A DNA stretch of 64,000 bases, taken from the NCBI GenBank assembly GCA_048885865.1, contig JBHLLF010000005.1:32001-96000 (forward strand), given 5' to 3'. The notes beneath the pieces are model-generated. The model worked only from the letters and a program-made list of their open reading frames with translations, was not told the origin of the DNA and did no database searches. This document shows positions 56,081-64,000 of this stretch, piece by piece (within the stretch, counting starts at the first letter, position 1; each line of letters starts with the position of its first letter). The translations under genes were made by a program, and so were the position numbers. The stretch is from Candidatus Hermodarchaeota archaeon (lineage in GTDB: Archaea; Asgardarchaeota; Thorarchaeia; Thorarchaeales; Thorarchaeaceae).

Positions 56081-56443
56081 ATGAGGAAACGCGGTGGAAT
56101 GGTCATTGTTTGGCCCGCATACTTGGATTCCAACTTAAGTAGAGCACAAGGACGAAGGGTGCCAAAGAACCTTGGCGCACCTGAGGTCACAGTTGAAATC
56201 CTCCAAAAGGCTGCAGAATCTGCAGGCTTTGAGTATGATTTGGAGCCAGACAAGCAATATCCTCGCAATTGGAGTAACGCGAGCGGTTATTTGGTCTTGG
56301 AGAATCCTGAAGGACACAAGAAGAAGCGGCTATTGCTAATGTTAGCCAAGGGTGTTAGACGTATAGTTGCACAGCGTGAATCCTCGAAAAAAGAGGCGGA
56401 AACGAAGAAAAGCAAGAAGAAGCGAAAGGGCAAGAAGCGATAG
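56081..56443 (+). CDS. srp19: Signal recognition particle protein SRP19
   Basis: VWPAYLDS..SRAQGRRVPK, YPR. Confidence 0.95.
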   Translation: MRKRGGMVIVWPAYLDSNLSRAQGRRVPKNLGAPEVTVEILQKAAESAGFEYDLEPDKQYPRNWSNASGYLVLENPEGHKKKRLLLMLAKGVRRIVAQRESSKKEAETKKSKKKRKGKKR

Positions 56444-56470
56444 TCCTTATAGGGTCTTGGGAGGGTTCTG

Positions 56471-56713
56471 ATGAAACGACTCGGAAAAGTGTTGCATGTT
56501 TCCAAACGGGGGTCTCTCATCCTCAAAACAGACAAGACTCCTGCTATGGGTGACAGATCCGTCGTTGTGAATAAGAAAGCCGAGAAGATTGGAACCATTG
56601 TTGATGTGTTTGGACCTGTAAAAACACCATATGTGGCCGTTCGACCCTTGGACAAGAAGAGCGCAGAGAAGCTTGTAGGTCAGGTCTTATACCTCTATAA
56701 ACGCTCAAAATAA
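56471..56713 (+). CDS. gar1: H/ACA RNP protein Gar1
   Basis: MKRLGKVLH, IGTIVDVFGPVKTPY. Confidence 0.94.
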   Translation: MKRLGKVLHVSKRGSLILKTDKTPAMGDRSVVVNKKAEKIGTIVDVFGPVKTPYVAVRPLDKKSAEKLVGQVLYLYKRSK

Positions 56714-56746
56714 TGTACACTTCTGTACATTAATTGTCATTAATGT
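56711..56746. repeat. Two overlapping inverted repeats upstream of the TFE-beta-like gene
   Basis: TAATGTACA-CTTC-TGTACATTA (56711-32) and ACATTAAT-TGTC-ATTAATGT (56727-46). Confidence 0.6.
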
Positions 56747-56823
56747 GGAGCCTCTTCCGAAATTTAAATATCAATCCGTGTTGAATGTCGAGTGTTGCCA
56801 TGTGTTAGCCAAAGGTCATCCAA

Positions 56824-57177
56824 ATGAACGATGAAACTGACCCAATTCTGGACGCTCTTAGAGCGGTAGGGGAGAGTGGTCTTCTCATCAATGAACTAGC
56901 GACTAGCCTTGGTATAAAACCAAAGAAACTGACCGAAAAAGTCGAGCAACTTGTATCAAAGGGGCTAATCAAAGTGCAGAAACTAGAACAAAAGGAAGAG
57001 AAGTATATGCTGAGAGCGGACATCAGCGATGAGGCTGACCATGGTAGTCTGTCCGATATGAACGGTTGTCCCTGTTTTCATTGTCTGAAGATTAGTAGAT
57101 GTGGTGTCAGACAGCCTGACTCGCCTGTTAGCTGCAGGGAAATTGAAGATTGGATGATAAGTACACAGGCGAATTAG
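56824..57177 (+). CDS. TFE-beta/RPC34-like wHTH plus FeS-domain protein
   Basis: N-terminal wHTH; C-terminal PCFHC-x5-C-x10-C...W. Confidence 0.8.
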   Translation: MNDETDPILDALRAVGESGLLINELATSLGIKPKKLTEKVEQLVSKGLIKVQKLEQKEEKYMLRADISDEADHGSLSDMNGCPCFHCLKISRCGVRQPDSPVSCREIEDWMISTQAN

Positions 57178-57794
57178 TCCTTAGTTTCATCGTCTGGCTG
57201 TCCCATCGGTCCTATTGCAACTAGATAGATCTCCGCACTAGTATGACGTGATGCTGCAGGTTTTACCAGTTTAACAGAACGGTATTTCTTCCTGGTTGCT
57301 TTAAGAAATTCTTGGAATCCACTGCCTTGGAAGACCTTAGTGAGTACCTTTCCCTTAGAATCCAATAGCTTCAATCCTATGTCCAGAGTGCCCTCAGCCA
57401 ATGAGAGCTGTCTGAAGACGTCCAAGTCCCAGTTTCCAGAAACCTTCGGGGAACAGTCGGATATGACCAGATCAACGGTTCCACGGGTTACAGCCTTAAT
57501 CTGGTCTAATATCTTTAGTTCCAAGATATCTCCTTGAATGAAAGTGACTCCTTCAATTGGTGCCATTGGATTGAGGTCAACGGCCACAATTTCCAGACCA
57601 CGGTCCATCTCCCGAAGAACCTGAGTCCATCCGCCCGGACTACTACAGAGTTCAACTACAGTATTAACACCGTCAAGCAGCTTGTGCTTTTGCGCAATCT
57701 GTCTGAGCTTGTATGCGCTTCTAGCCCTGTATCCATGAGCCTTGGCAGACTTGTAATAGTGCTCTTTAGTCCGAGGTTTCTTTGGTCTAGGCAC
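57174..57794 (-). CDS. rlmE: 23S rRNA 2'-O-methyltransferase RlmE/FtsJ
   Basis: YRARSAYKL, SSPGGW, VISD, KP.ASR..S.EIY. Confidence 0.94.
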   Translation of the reverse strand: MPRPKKPRTKEHYYKSAKAHGYRARSAYKLRQIAQKHKLLDGVNTVVELCSSPGGWTQVLREMDRGLEIVAVDLNPMAPIEGVTFIQGDILELKILDQIKAVTRGTVDLVISDCSPKVSGNWDLDVFRQLSLAEGTLDIGLKLLDSKGKVLTKVFQGSGFQEFLKATRKKYRSVKLVKPAASRHTSAEIYLVAIGPMGQPDDETKD

Positions 57795-57796
57795 GT

Positions 57797-59002
57797 CTAC
57801 TTCCTCCCTGAAAGGGCGGCTACAACCTCAGTCACTTCTCTGACTGCAGCATTTGTTCGTATCGCTGTTGGTTTGAAATGAGTCCGCTCCACAATATTAC
57901 CTGCCTCTCGAAGGGTGGAGATGATTTCTGATAGCTTCGGAGGGACGAGGTTATGAAGGTCACAGAGCGCGTGGATATCAATAAACGGATGAGTATCCAA
58001 CACACTCTCATTAATCATCATCCTCAACATCTTTGTGACTCGTTTCTCAAACACATCTTCCATTTCTGGAACAATGCGTTCCGCAGCGTCTAAGATGCCT
58101 GCATCATAAAGGCTGCCAATCCAGAGTGGACCCGCGGTGAACGTCTTTCCAGAGCAATCATCCTTCTGATGCTCGATTTTGCTGTATTCCTGTCTAGATC
58201 TCAAAGTAATGACTTCAGCATGCATACATTCCGGACAATACATGACTAATCCCATGTCATCTACCTGGCGATTCGCTTCGTTTCTGTCAGCTTTAATCTG
58301 GAGCCAGATCCTGATGTAATGATCAGTACTAAGTGCCGCAAGTGGTGTCACTGAGTAATCGTTAGCTCCTGCGACATTGAAAGAATGCCCAATCACAAGT
58401 CTCACAGCGAGCTCGTGTGAGAATGGAGTCCGAGTCGAGAGACCACCATATTTCCTGAGAGCCACTCTGGGATAGACGCCATAGAGTGCTGCCATATCAG
58501 TAGCCGTTAGGGCAAGAAGGCCTCCCTTAGGACTCATTGATTGAATTGCCGCATTCATGTACGGAGCAGGCGTTCCAAATGGATCGACATCTACATAGTC
58601 GAATCTCTTCTCTCTCGATTCAGTCAATAGAAGGACCTTGGCATCTCCTTGCTTTGCCCTAGCCCTCTCGGAGAGCCCTAGAAGCTGTATGTTCCTATTT
58701 ATGGTTTCAATGGCATTTGGATTTGCATCAAACATCAATGCATCAAATGTCCCTTGACATTCTTTGAGATAGCGGAGCGTTCTAACACCGCATCCTGCAA
58801 GCGGTTCGCACATCAGTTCTATCGGATTATTATCCAAGTACGCAGCGAGAAAGAGAACAGAGAAGTCACGATTGAGGCGCATACGTGGATTCATGAAGAC
58901 TGGCATGTCAGCAGTCGGCTGTTTCTTATTCTCACTATAATAGTCCACATCAGCGGTGACGAAGGTGATTCTACCTTCTTTGTACTCCTTCTCTACTATC
59001 AT
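57797..59002 (-). CDS. trm1: tRNA G26 dimethyltransferase Trm1
   Basis: PVFMNP..RLNRD, G.RTLRY, DVDPFGTP, TATD, GPLWIG. Confidence 0.94.
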   Translation of the reverse strand: MIVEKEYKEGRITFVTADVDYYSENKKQPTADMPVFMNPRMRLNRDFSVLFLAAYLDNNPIELMCEPLAGCGVRTLRYLKECQGTFDALMFDANPNAIETINRNIQLLGLSERARAKQGDAKVLLLTESREKRFDYVDVDPFGTPAPYMNAAIQSMSPKGGLLALTATDMAALYGVYPRVALRKYGGLSTRTPFSHELAVRLVIGHSFNVAGANDYSVTPLAALSTDHYIRIWLQIKADRNEANRQVDDMGLVMYCPECMHAEVITLRSRQEYSKIEHQKDDCSGKTFTAGPLWIGSLYDAGILDAAERIVPEMEDVFEKRVTKMLRMMINESVLDTHPFIDIHALCDLHNLVPPKLSEIISTLREAGNIVERTHFKPTAIRTNAAVREVTEVVAALSGRK

Positions 59003-59128
59003 GACCGCGACGGAGTCGTTTGGTGTGCTTAAGAATGATGAGCATCATGCCAATGACCACTTCGCAACCTCTAAGAGGGGGTCCTATTGTGGAAAGATAA
59101 CTGGCAGTAAGGCTGGTCAGCAATTGTT

Positions 59129-59617
59129 ATGGTGATATCTTTGGCAACTAAGATTAAGATTCAGACAAACAAGGGTGACATAGTCGCTGAGTTTTGGTCA
59201 GATGACGCTATCAACACAGTCAAGAACTTCGTCACTCTGGCCCAAAGCGGCTATTATGATGGTCTCACGTTTCATCGTGTTGTGCCTGACTTCGTGATTC
59301 AAGGTGGTGACCCAACAGGAACGGGCTCAGGGGGTCCAGGGTATAGAATCCCCTGCGAAACAAATGGGCATAGGCAGAAGCACAATGATGGAGCTTTTTC
59401 CATGGCTCATGCAGGGCGCGACACAGGCGGATCACAGTTCTTTGTAGTCCTGAATGGCAATAACTGCAAGCATCTCGATGGCAAGCACACAGTGTTTGGT
59501 CAGACGATCGAGGGCTTTGATGTTGTCAAACAGATACGTCAAGGTGACAAGATGCTGAAGGTTGAAGTCTTGGAGCTTGACCCAGTTATTGAGAATCACC
59601 AGCTTCGAAAACTCTAG
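59129..59617 (+). CDS. ppiA: Cyclophilin-type peptidyl-prolyl isomerase
   Basis: FHRVVPDFVIQGGDP, SMAHAG, GSQFF, HLDGKHTVFG. Confidence 0.95.
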   Translation: MVISLATKIKIQTNKGDIVAEFWSDDAINTVKNFVTLAQSGYYDGLTFHRVVPDFVIQGGDPTGTGSGGPGYRIPCETNGHRQKHNDGAFSMAHAGRDTGGSQFFVVLNGNNCKHLDGKHTVFGQTIEGFDVVKQIRQGDKMLKVEVLELDPVIENHQLRKL

Positions 59618-59694
59618 TCTTTGAATCTATTTGTACTGCGACTAGAGGAGAGTCTATATACAGGACATTTCACGAAAAACAAGGAGCATACAAA

Positions 59695-61869
59695 ATGTCG
59701 GCCCCGCTTTTCTTAGGAACAAGCATTGCATCGGGTGTGCTATCAATACTTGTTGCCTTCTTCATCTACTATCAGGTCAAGAAGGAAGACCAAGGCAGCG
59801 AAAAAATGCGCGAGGTCAGTGCTTTGGTTGAAAAAGGCGCATACTCTTTCATCAATGTCCAATACAGAATTCTCACGATATTCACCCTCATTCTTGCGAT
59901 ACTCATCGCAATTCTATTTCGAGACTTTGGCATACAAATTGCTATTTCCTACATTCTTGGCTCAGGAGCCAGCATGGCTGCAGGATATGTTGGAATAGTA
60001 GTTGCCACTAAGGCAAACCGTCGGACAGCTGCAGCCGCCGAGTCTGGAGGGCTCGGGCCTGCCTTCAAAGTTGCGTTCCGGGCAGGATCCGTAATGGGCC
60101 TGATGATTGCTGGAATCGCACTAGTTGGACTGGGCACATTATACCTGCTCTGGAATACTGTTATTCCTGTGGGGGTCTTTGATGCACTTGGCTTAGAGCC
60201 CGCTGTTGGTCTTTGGGAAATCATAACAGGCTTCTCATTTGGAGCTAGCACAGTGGCTCTGTTCGCGAAAGCTGGTGGTGGCATATACACAAAAACAGCC
60301 GACCTATCAGCAGATCTTGTTGGCAAGATAGAACATCATATTCCTGAAGATGACCCTAGAAATCCTGCTGCTGTTGCTGACGCGGTTGGTGATAATGTTG
60401 GAGATGTAGCTGGGACTGGAGCAGATCTGTATGACAGTAATGTAGCAGCTATTCTAGCAGCCGCAATTCTTGGTGCCGGCATTGACTTGCATATGGATGG
60501 TGTCCAGTTATTTGGACTATTACCTCTCATGATTGCTGCACTTGGGACCATCGCTTCAGTAATCGGCGTCTTCTTGGTCAGAGCAAAACCAGACCAAGAT
60601 CCAGGGCCTGCATTAAATCGAGGGACCTATATCACGACGATTCTATTTGCCGTTTTTACAGTGTCCATGGTACTGCTTCTACAGCTCGACCTTACAATCG
60701 CACTGGCAGCAATTGTCGGTCTTCTGGCTGGTGTGTTCATCGGCTTTACAAGTGATGTGTTTACTAGCGACCGAGGGCTCGGTGGTTTCACCCCTGTACA
60801 GAAAATGGTCGAGTCAGCAGACAAGAGTTCCGCAAATCTGATTCTATCAGGCTACGCATATGGGCTGCTGAGTGCAGTTCCATCTGTGGTTGGTATTGGC
60901 GCTGCCATGGTGGTTTCATTCCTGCTTGGCTCTGGAGCTACAACCTTGGGTCCAGTGATGTGGGAGAACGGAATTTACTGCGTAGCGATTGCGGCGGTTG
61001 GCCTGCTGTCAACTAATGGAATGATTATGAGTTCAGATGCGTATGGACCCATTGTGGATAATGCACGAGGCGTTATTGAACAAGCTCAAGCACCTGAGGA
61101 AGCGATTATTGTCTGTGACAAACTGGATGCCAGTGGCAACACCACTAAAGCAATCACAAAGGGATTTGCCATTGGTGCGTCAGCGGTTTCAGTTCTTGCT
61201 CTTTTTGCAGCTTTCCTTGAGTCCACTGAAACACTTCGCATTCCTGGTGTAGTGGCATTGACCGATGTGAATCTTGCTGCACCTGTGGTGCTAGCTGGAG
61301 CACTAATTGGTGCATTGGTTCCCGTGACCTTCTCTGCAATACTGATTCTTGGTGTGGAGCGAAACTCTGAGCGGATGATTACAGAGATACGCAGACAGTT
61401 CAGAGAGGACCCCGGCATTCTCGAGGGCACGTCCCAACCTGACTACGACGCATGCATCTCAATAGCAACCTCGGGTGCAATAAGGGAGCTAATGCCTGGT
61501 ACGCTCATTGCTATACTAGTCACCATAGCATCGGGTGTCTTTCTTGGACTAGAAGCACTTGCAGGCTATCTAGGCGGTGCTGTCCTGTCTGGTCTGATAA
61601 TGGCACTCCTGATGGACAATGCAGGAGGAGCCTGGGACAATACCAAGAAGATCATAGAGTCACCTGAGTACACAAAATACGAGAAGGGGACTGAAGATTG
61701 GCATCGAGTTCATGACACGAGTGTCACGGGCGATATGGTAGGCGATCCCTTCAAGGACACGGCAGGGCCATCCATCAATACATTACTTGTCGTGATCACA
61801 CTGACAGCAACTCTATTCCTCCCGTTGATTGCAGCCGCAAACGCTTGGTTTGTGTTCATATTAGGATGA
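59695..61869 (+). CDS. hppA: Membrane ion-pumping pyrophosphatase, K+-independent signature
   Basis: GGIYTKTAD..ADLVGK, EDDPRN, GDNVGD, GNTTKA, GGAWDN, GDPFKDT. Confidence 0.95.
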   Translation: MSAPLFLGTSIASGVLSILVAFFIYYQVKKEDQGSEKMREVSALVEKGAYSFINVQYRILTIFTLILAILIAILFRDFGIQIAISYILGSGASMAAGYVGIVVATKANRRTAAAAESGGLGPAFKVAFRAGSVMGLMIAGIALVGLGTLYLLWNTVIPVGVFDALGLEPAVGLWEIITGFSFGASTVALFAKAGGGIYTKTADLSADLVGKIEHHIPEDDPRNPAAVADAVGDNVGDVAGTGADLYDSNVAAILAAAILGAGIDLHMDGVQLFGLLPLMIAALGTIASVIGVFLVRAKPDQDPGPALNRGTYITTILFAVFTVSMVLLLQLDLTIALAAIVGLLAGVFIGFTSDVFTSDRGLGGFTPVQKMVESADKSSANLILSGYAYGLLSAVPSVVGIGAAMVVSFLLGSGATTLGPVMWENGIYCVAIAAVGLLSTNGMIMSSDAYGPIVDNARGVIEQAQAPEEAIIVCDKLDASGNTTKAITKGFAIGASAVSVLALFAAFLESTETLRIPGVVALTDVNLAAPVVLAGALIGALVPVTFSAILILGVERNSERMITEIRRQFREDPGILEGTSQPDYDACISIATSGAIRELMPGTLIAILVTIASGVFLGLEALAGYLGGAVLSGLIMALLMDNAGGAWDNTKKIIESPEYTKYEKGTEDWHRVHDTSVTGDMVGDPFKDTAGPSINTLLVVITLTATLFLPLIAAANAWFVFILG

Positions 61870-61884
61870 GGTGAGTCTATCAAG

Positions 61885-62766
61885 TTGCGGTTTGGAGCCG
61901 TCGCAATCGAGTTTCTGCCAGCAGTACAGAAAATCATAGCAAACGGCGTTCCAGACTTCTTCCGCATTAATCTAGTAGACATTGTCAGGGAAGTCGTGGC
62001 GATAGAACACATCGAAGTAATCGAGTTCACCATTGAGATGGAGCACATGGTGCCCGGTTCTATCACACCCGAGATCATATCTCGGCTTGTAGACCTGAAG
62101 GATGAGCTTGGGCATTCCTATACAATCCATTTGCCTATCTGGTCAATCGAACTGGCTTCTTTCAATCCCTTCATCAGGTCGGGCGGTGTCGAGAGCATCT
62201 GCCACTCAATCAAGACGGCAGAGCCGCTGGAGCCCGAGGCTTATGTCCTTCATTCATCCGGTTCACTGGCTGCTGAATTTCTCAGGGATAACGCCTCTGA
62301 ACCCATGAACCTTCTTGTCTGTGGATACATGACTGAGTTTTCGATGAAGAGTGTGGAGGAAATCATCAGCAAGACAGAGATAGACCCACGAAAGCTGGCT
62401 ATCGAGAATGTCGAGTTTCCGTTCGAGTTCACTCGCGACATAGTGGATGAACACAATACAGGAATCTGTTTTGACACTGGACATGCACTTACAAAACAGT
62501 CAGGGGATGAGTCAGTCCTCGATTTCTATAGGCAGCATAGGGATAGAATAGTTGAAGTGCATCTCAATGATGGCATCGATATCAAGACTCCAGGGAAATA
62601 TGAAGACCATCTTGTCATTGGGAAAGGAGAACTACCAGTCAGGGAGTTTCTCCTTGAGCTGAAGAAAGATGGTTTCAAGGGCCCCCTCATATTCGAGTTG
62701 ACGACTGAGGAAGTCATCGAGTCACTTCAGACAATCAAAGAAGTCGTCCCTGAATCTCTTGGCTAG
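61885..62766 (+). CDS. Xylose-isomerase/AP-endonuclease TIM-barrel protein (CbiR-like)
   Basis: TIHLP, VLH, IEN, CFDTGH, HLND, DH, FEL. Confidence 0.75.
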   Translation: MRFGAVAIEFLPAVQKIIANGVPDFFRINLVDIVREVVAIEHIEVIEFTIEMEHMVPGSITPEIISRLVDLKDELGHSYTIHLPIWSIELASFNPFIRSGGVESICHSIKTAEPLEPEAYVLHSSGSLAAEFLRDNASEPMNLLVCGYMTEFSMKSVEEIISKTEIDPRKLAIENVEFPFEFTRDIVDEHNTGICFDTGHALTKQSGDESVLDFYRQHRDRIVEVHLNDGIDIKTPGKYEDHLVIGKGELPVREFLLELKKDGFKGPLIFELTTEEVIESLQTIKEVVPESLG

Positions 62767-62781
62767 TTTTGGGTTGGCTAG

Positions 62782-63186
62782 CTACTCATCTTTTGAACCT
62801 AGGAGCCACCTGATTCGCTCATGAGCCAGTATGTAGTGAATGATGGTAAGAACTCCAAATATTAGACTAGGATAGAGTAATCCCTCTACAAACATTGCTA
62901 GGAATGCAAAACCAAGAACCAGGAATTCAAGCAAGAGACGAACAGCTCCTGGAACAGGAACCGGAGCACCTCCAGATCGACTTGGATCGTTTGGAACTGC
63001 AAAGATGCCCCAGATCGCAGCTGCGGTTATTGGAAGTATCAGCATTAGCGCATAATTGAGTAGCCCGAAATCCTGGTTCAACCCCCAGTATCCAAAAGCA
63101 ACAAGGGCCCAAAGCTCTAGAATGAAGCGCAATGCGTCATTGGCACCAATACTCTTCTTCTCTCTGATATTACTCATAGCAATCAT
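62782..63186 (-). CDS. YrdB/DUF2568-like membrane protein
   Basis: LRFILEL, WG, WGIFAVP. Confidence 0.8.
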   Translation of the reverse strand: MIAMSNIREKKSIGANDALRFILELWALVAFGYWGLNQDFGLLNYALMLILPITAAAIWGIFAVPNDPSRSGGAPVPVPGAVRLLLEFLVLGFAFLAMFVEGLLYPSLIFGVLTIIHYILAHERIRWLLGSKDE

Positions 63187-63357
63187 CCCAAGACAGCCTG
63201 GAGATTAACTATAGTAAATATATTTACGGGTAGCAGAGCTCCCATGTCGGATGGGCGTCATGAGGGGGCGTGAAACGGGTTCTAAATACTTCCGAGGATT
63301 ATTGATGGTTCTCGGCCAATACGTTTTTATCCAGACCCATGTGCAGACTAAAGCGCG

Positions 63358-63466
63358 GGGCCCGTGGCATAGCCTGGTTATTGCGCCGCTCTGATAAGGC
63401 GGATGTCGGGTGTTCAAAAGCCACGGTACATTGCGACCGTGACTGAGTGTCACCCCGGGCCCACCA
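63358..63466 (+). tRNA. tRNA-Ile(GAT) with 31-nt non-canonical intron at 59/60 (63419-63449)
   Basis: GGGCCCG/CGGGCCC, CCGCT-CTGATAA-GGCGG, T arm GGGTG-TTCAAA|T-CACCC interrupted by a BHB intron, encoded CCA. Confidence 0.9.
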
Positions 63467-63573
63467 CTTTTTCTTCTTCCTTGATTGAATCTCCATCAAG
63501 CGAGTTAGAGCTATCCAAACCACAAATAAGGGATTAGCAACGAAGTTACAATTGATAGGTGGATGGAGGAATC

Positions 63574-64000
63574 ATGGCGCGCTATACTGATTCTGACGAC
63601 CCAGAAGTCTGGTATTCCAGAGCCAAGAAAGCGCTTTCAGCATACGATATGGAGAGCGCAATCTATTGTCTTGAAAGAGGAATCGCACTAAAGGACATAG
63701 GTCCGGATATGCTGACTAAGATGGCTCATATGTTTATACCAACAGGAAGGGTAGCACAGGCTTTCAATACGATGAGGAAGGTAGAAGCACCTATTGATGA
63801 GATATTCAAGAAATGGTGTGATTTGGCGTATGATTTTGCACATGCTGGGCATGGAAAACTCGCTTTGAAGGCAATGAATGAAGCAGCTAAAAACCAACAT
63901 GATTGCGCTAATGAATGGTATCACCTGTCGAGTATTCTAGCTGAGTCAGATAATCCTCATCCAGCTATTCATGCATTGAAGAATGCAATTTCCATTGAGA
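63574..64000 (+). CDS. TPR-repeat protein, runs off window edge
   Basis: Hand translation open to the edge: MARYTDSDDPEVWYSRAKKAL...AIYCLERG...EWYHLSSILA...AIHALKNAISIE. Confidence 0.75.
   Translation, partial: MARYTDSDDPEVWYSRAKKALSAYDMESAIYCLERGIALKDIGPDMLTKMAHMFIPTGRVAQAFNTMRKVEAPIDEIFKKWCDLAYDFAHAGHGKLALKAMNEAAKNQHDCANEWYHLSSILAESDNPHPAIHALKNAISIE

Noticed and set aside
63225-63320. GC-rich hairpins upstream of tRNA-Ile as SRP or RNase P RNA
   Set aside because: Too short, and lacks SRP helix 8 or RNase P conserved motifs.

Overview
Archaeal chromosomal window, most consistent with an Asgard archaeon, probably Thorarchaeia. This is inferred from the combination of eS6/eS30, aIF2-gamma, SmAP3, cdrS-ftsZ, a small Arf/Rab-like GTPase with an N-terminal extra domain, and H4MPT C1 genes (mch, fwdC, ftr). 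Most of it is information-processing core: translation (aIF2g, uL3-uL4-uL23-uL2, pelota, two MetAPs, SRP19), RNA modification (NcsA, Nop5-fibrillarin, Gar1, Elp3, Trm1, RlmE, SPOUT, archease), dnaG, rnhB, a TFE-beta-like gene, pyrimidine genes and a membrane PPase. RNA genes read from the sequence are a stand-alone 5S rRNA and five CCA-encoding tRNAs. Four tRNAs carry BHB-type introns, one at the non-canonical 59/60 site. No CRISPR array, transposase or integrase was seen, but a 17-bp tRNA-Ser att duplicate bounds a ~1.9 kb islet. Best leads: (1) a dnaG - protease-less Lon-type AAA+ (Zn ribbon, aromatic HbYX-like tail) - pelota cluster behind a ~310-nt hairpin/AUC-repeat leader, a possible RNA/ribosome-rescue-to-proteasome quality-control system; (2) a HypD-like glycyl radical enzyme with the catalytic Cys-X-Glu changed to Cys-X-Thr, inserted in the SPOUT-rpl3 cluster without an adjacent activase; (3) two closed-stem intergenic RNA candidates; (4) a motif shared upstream of cdrS-ftsZ and an unknown gene. 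All family assignments come from motif recognition by eye; no searches were run.
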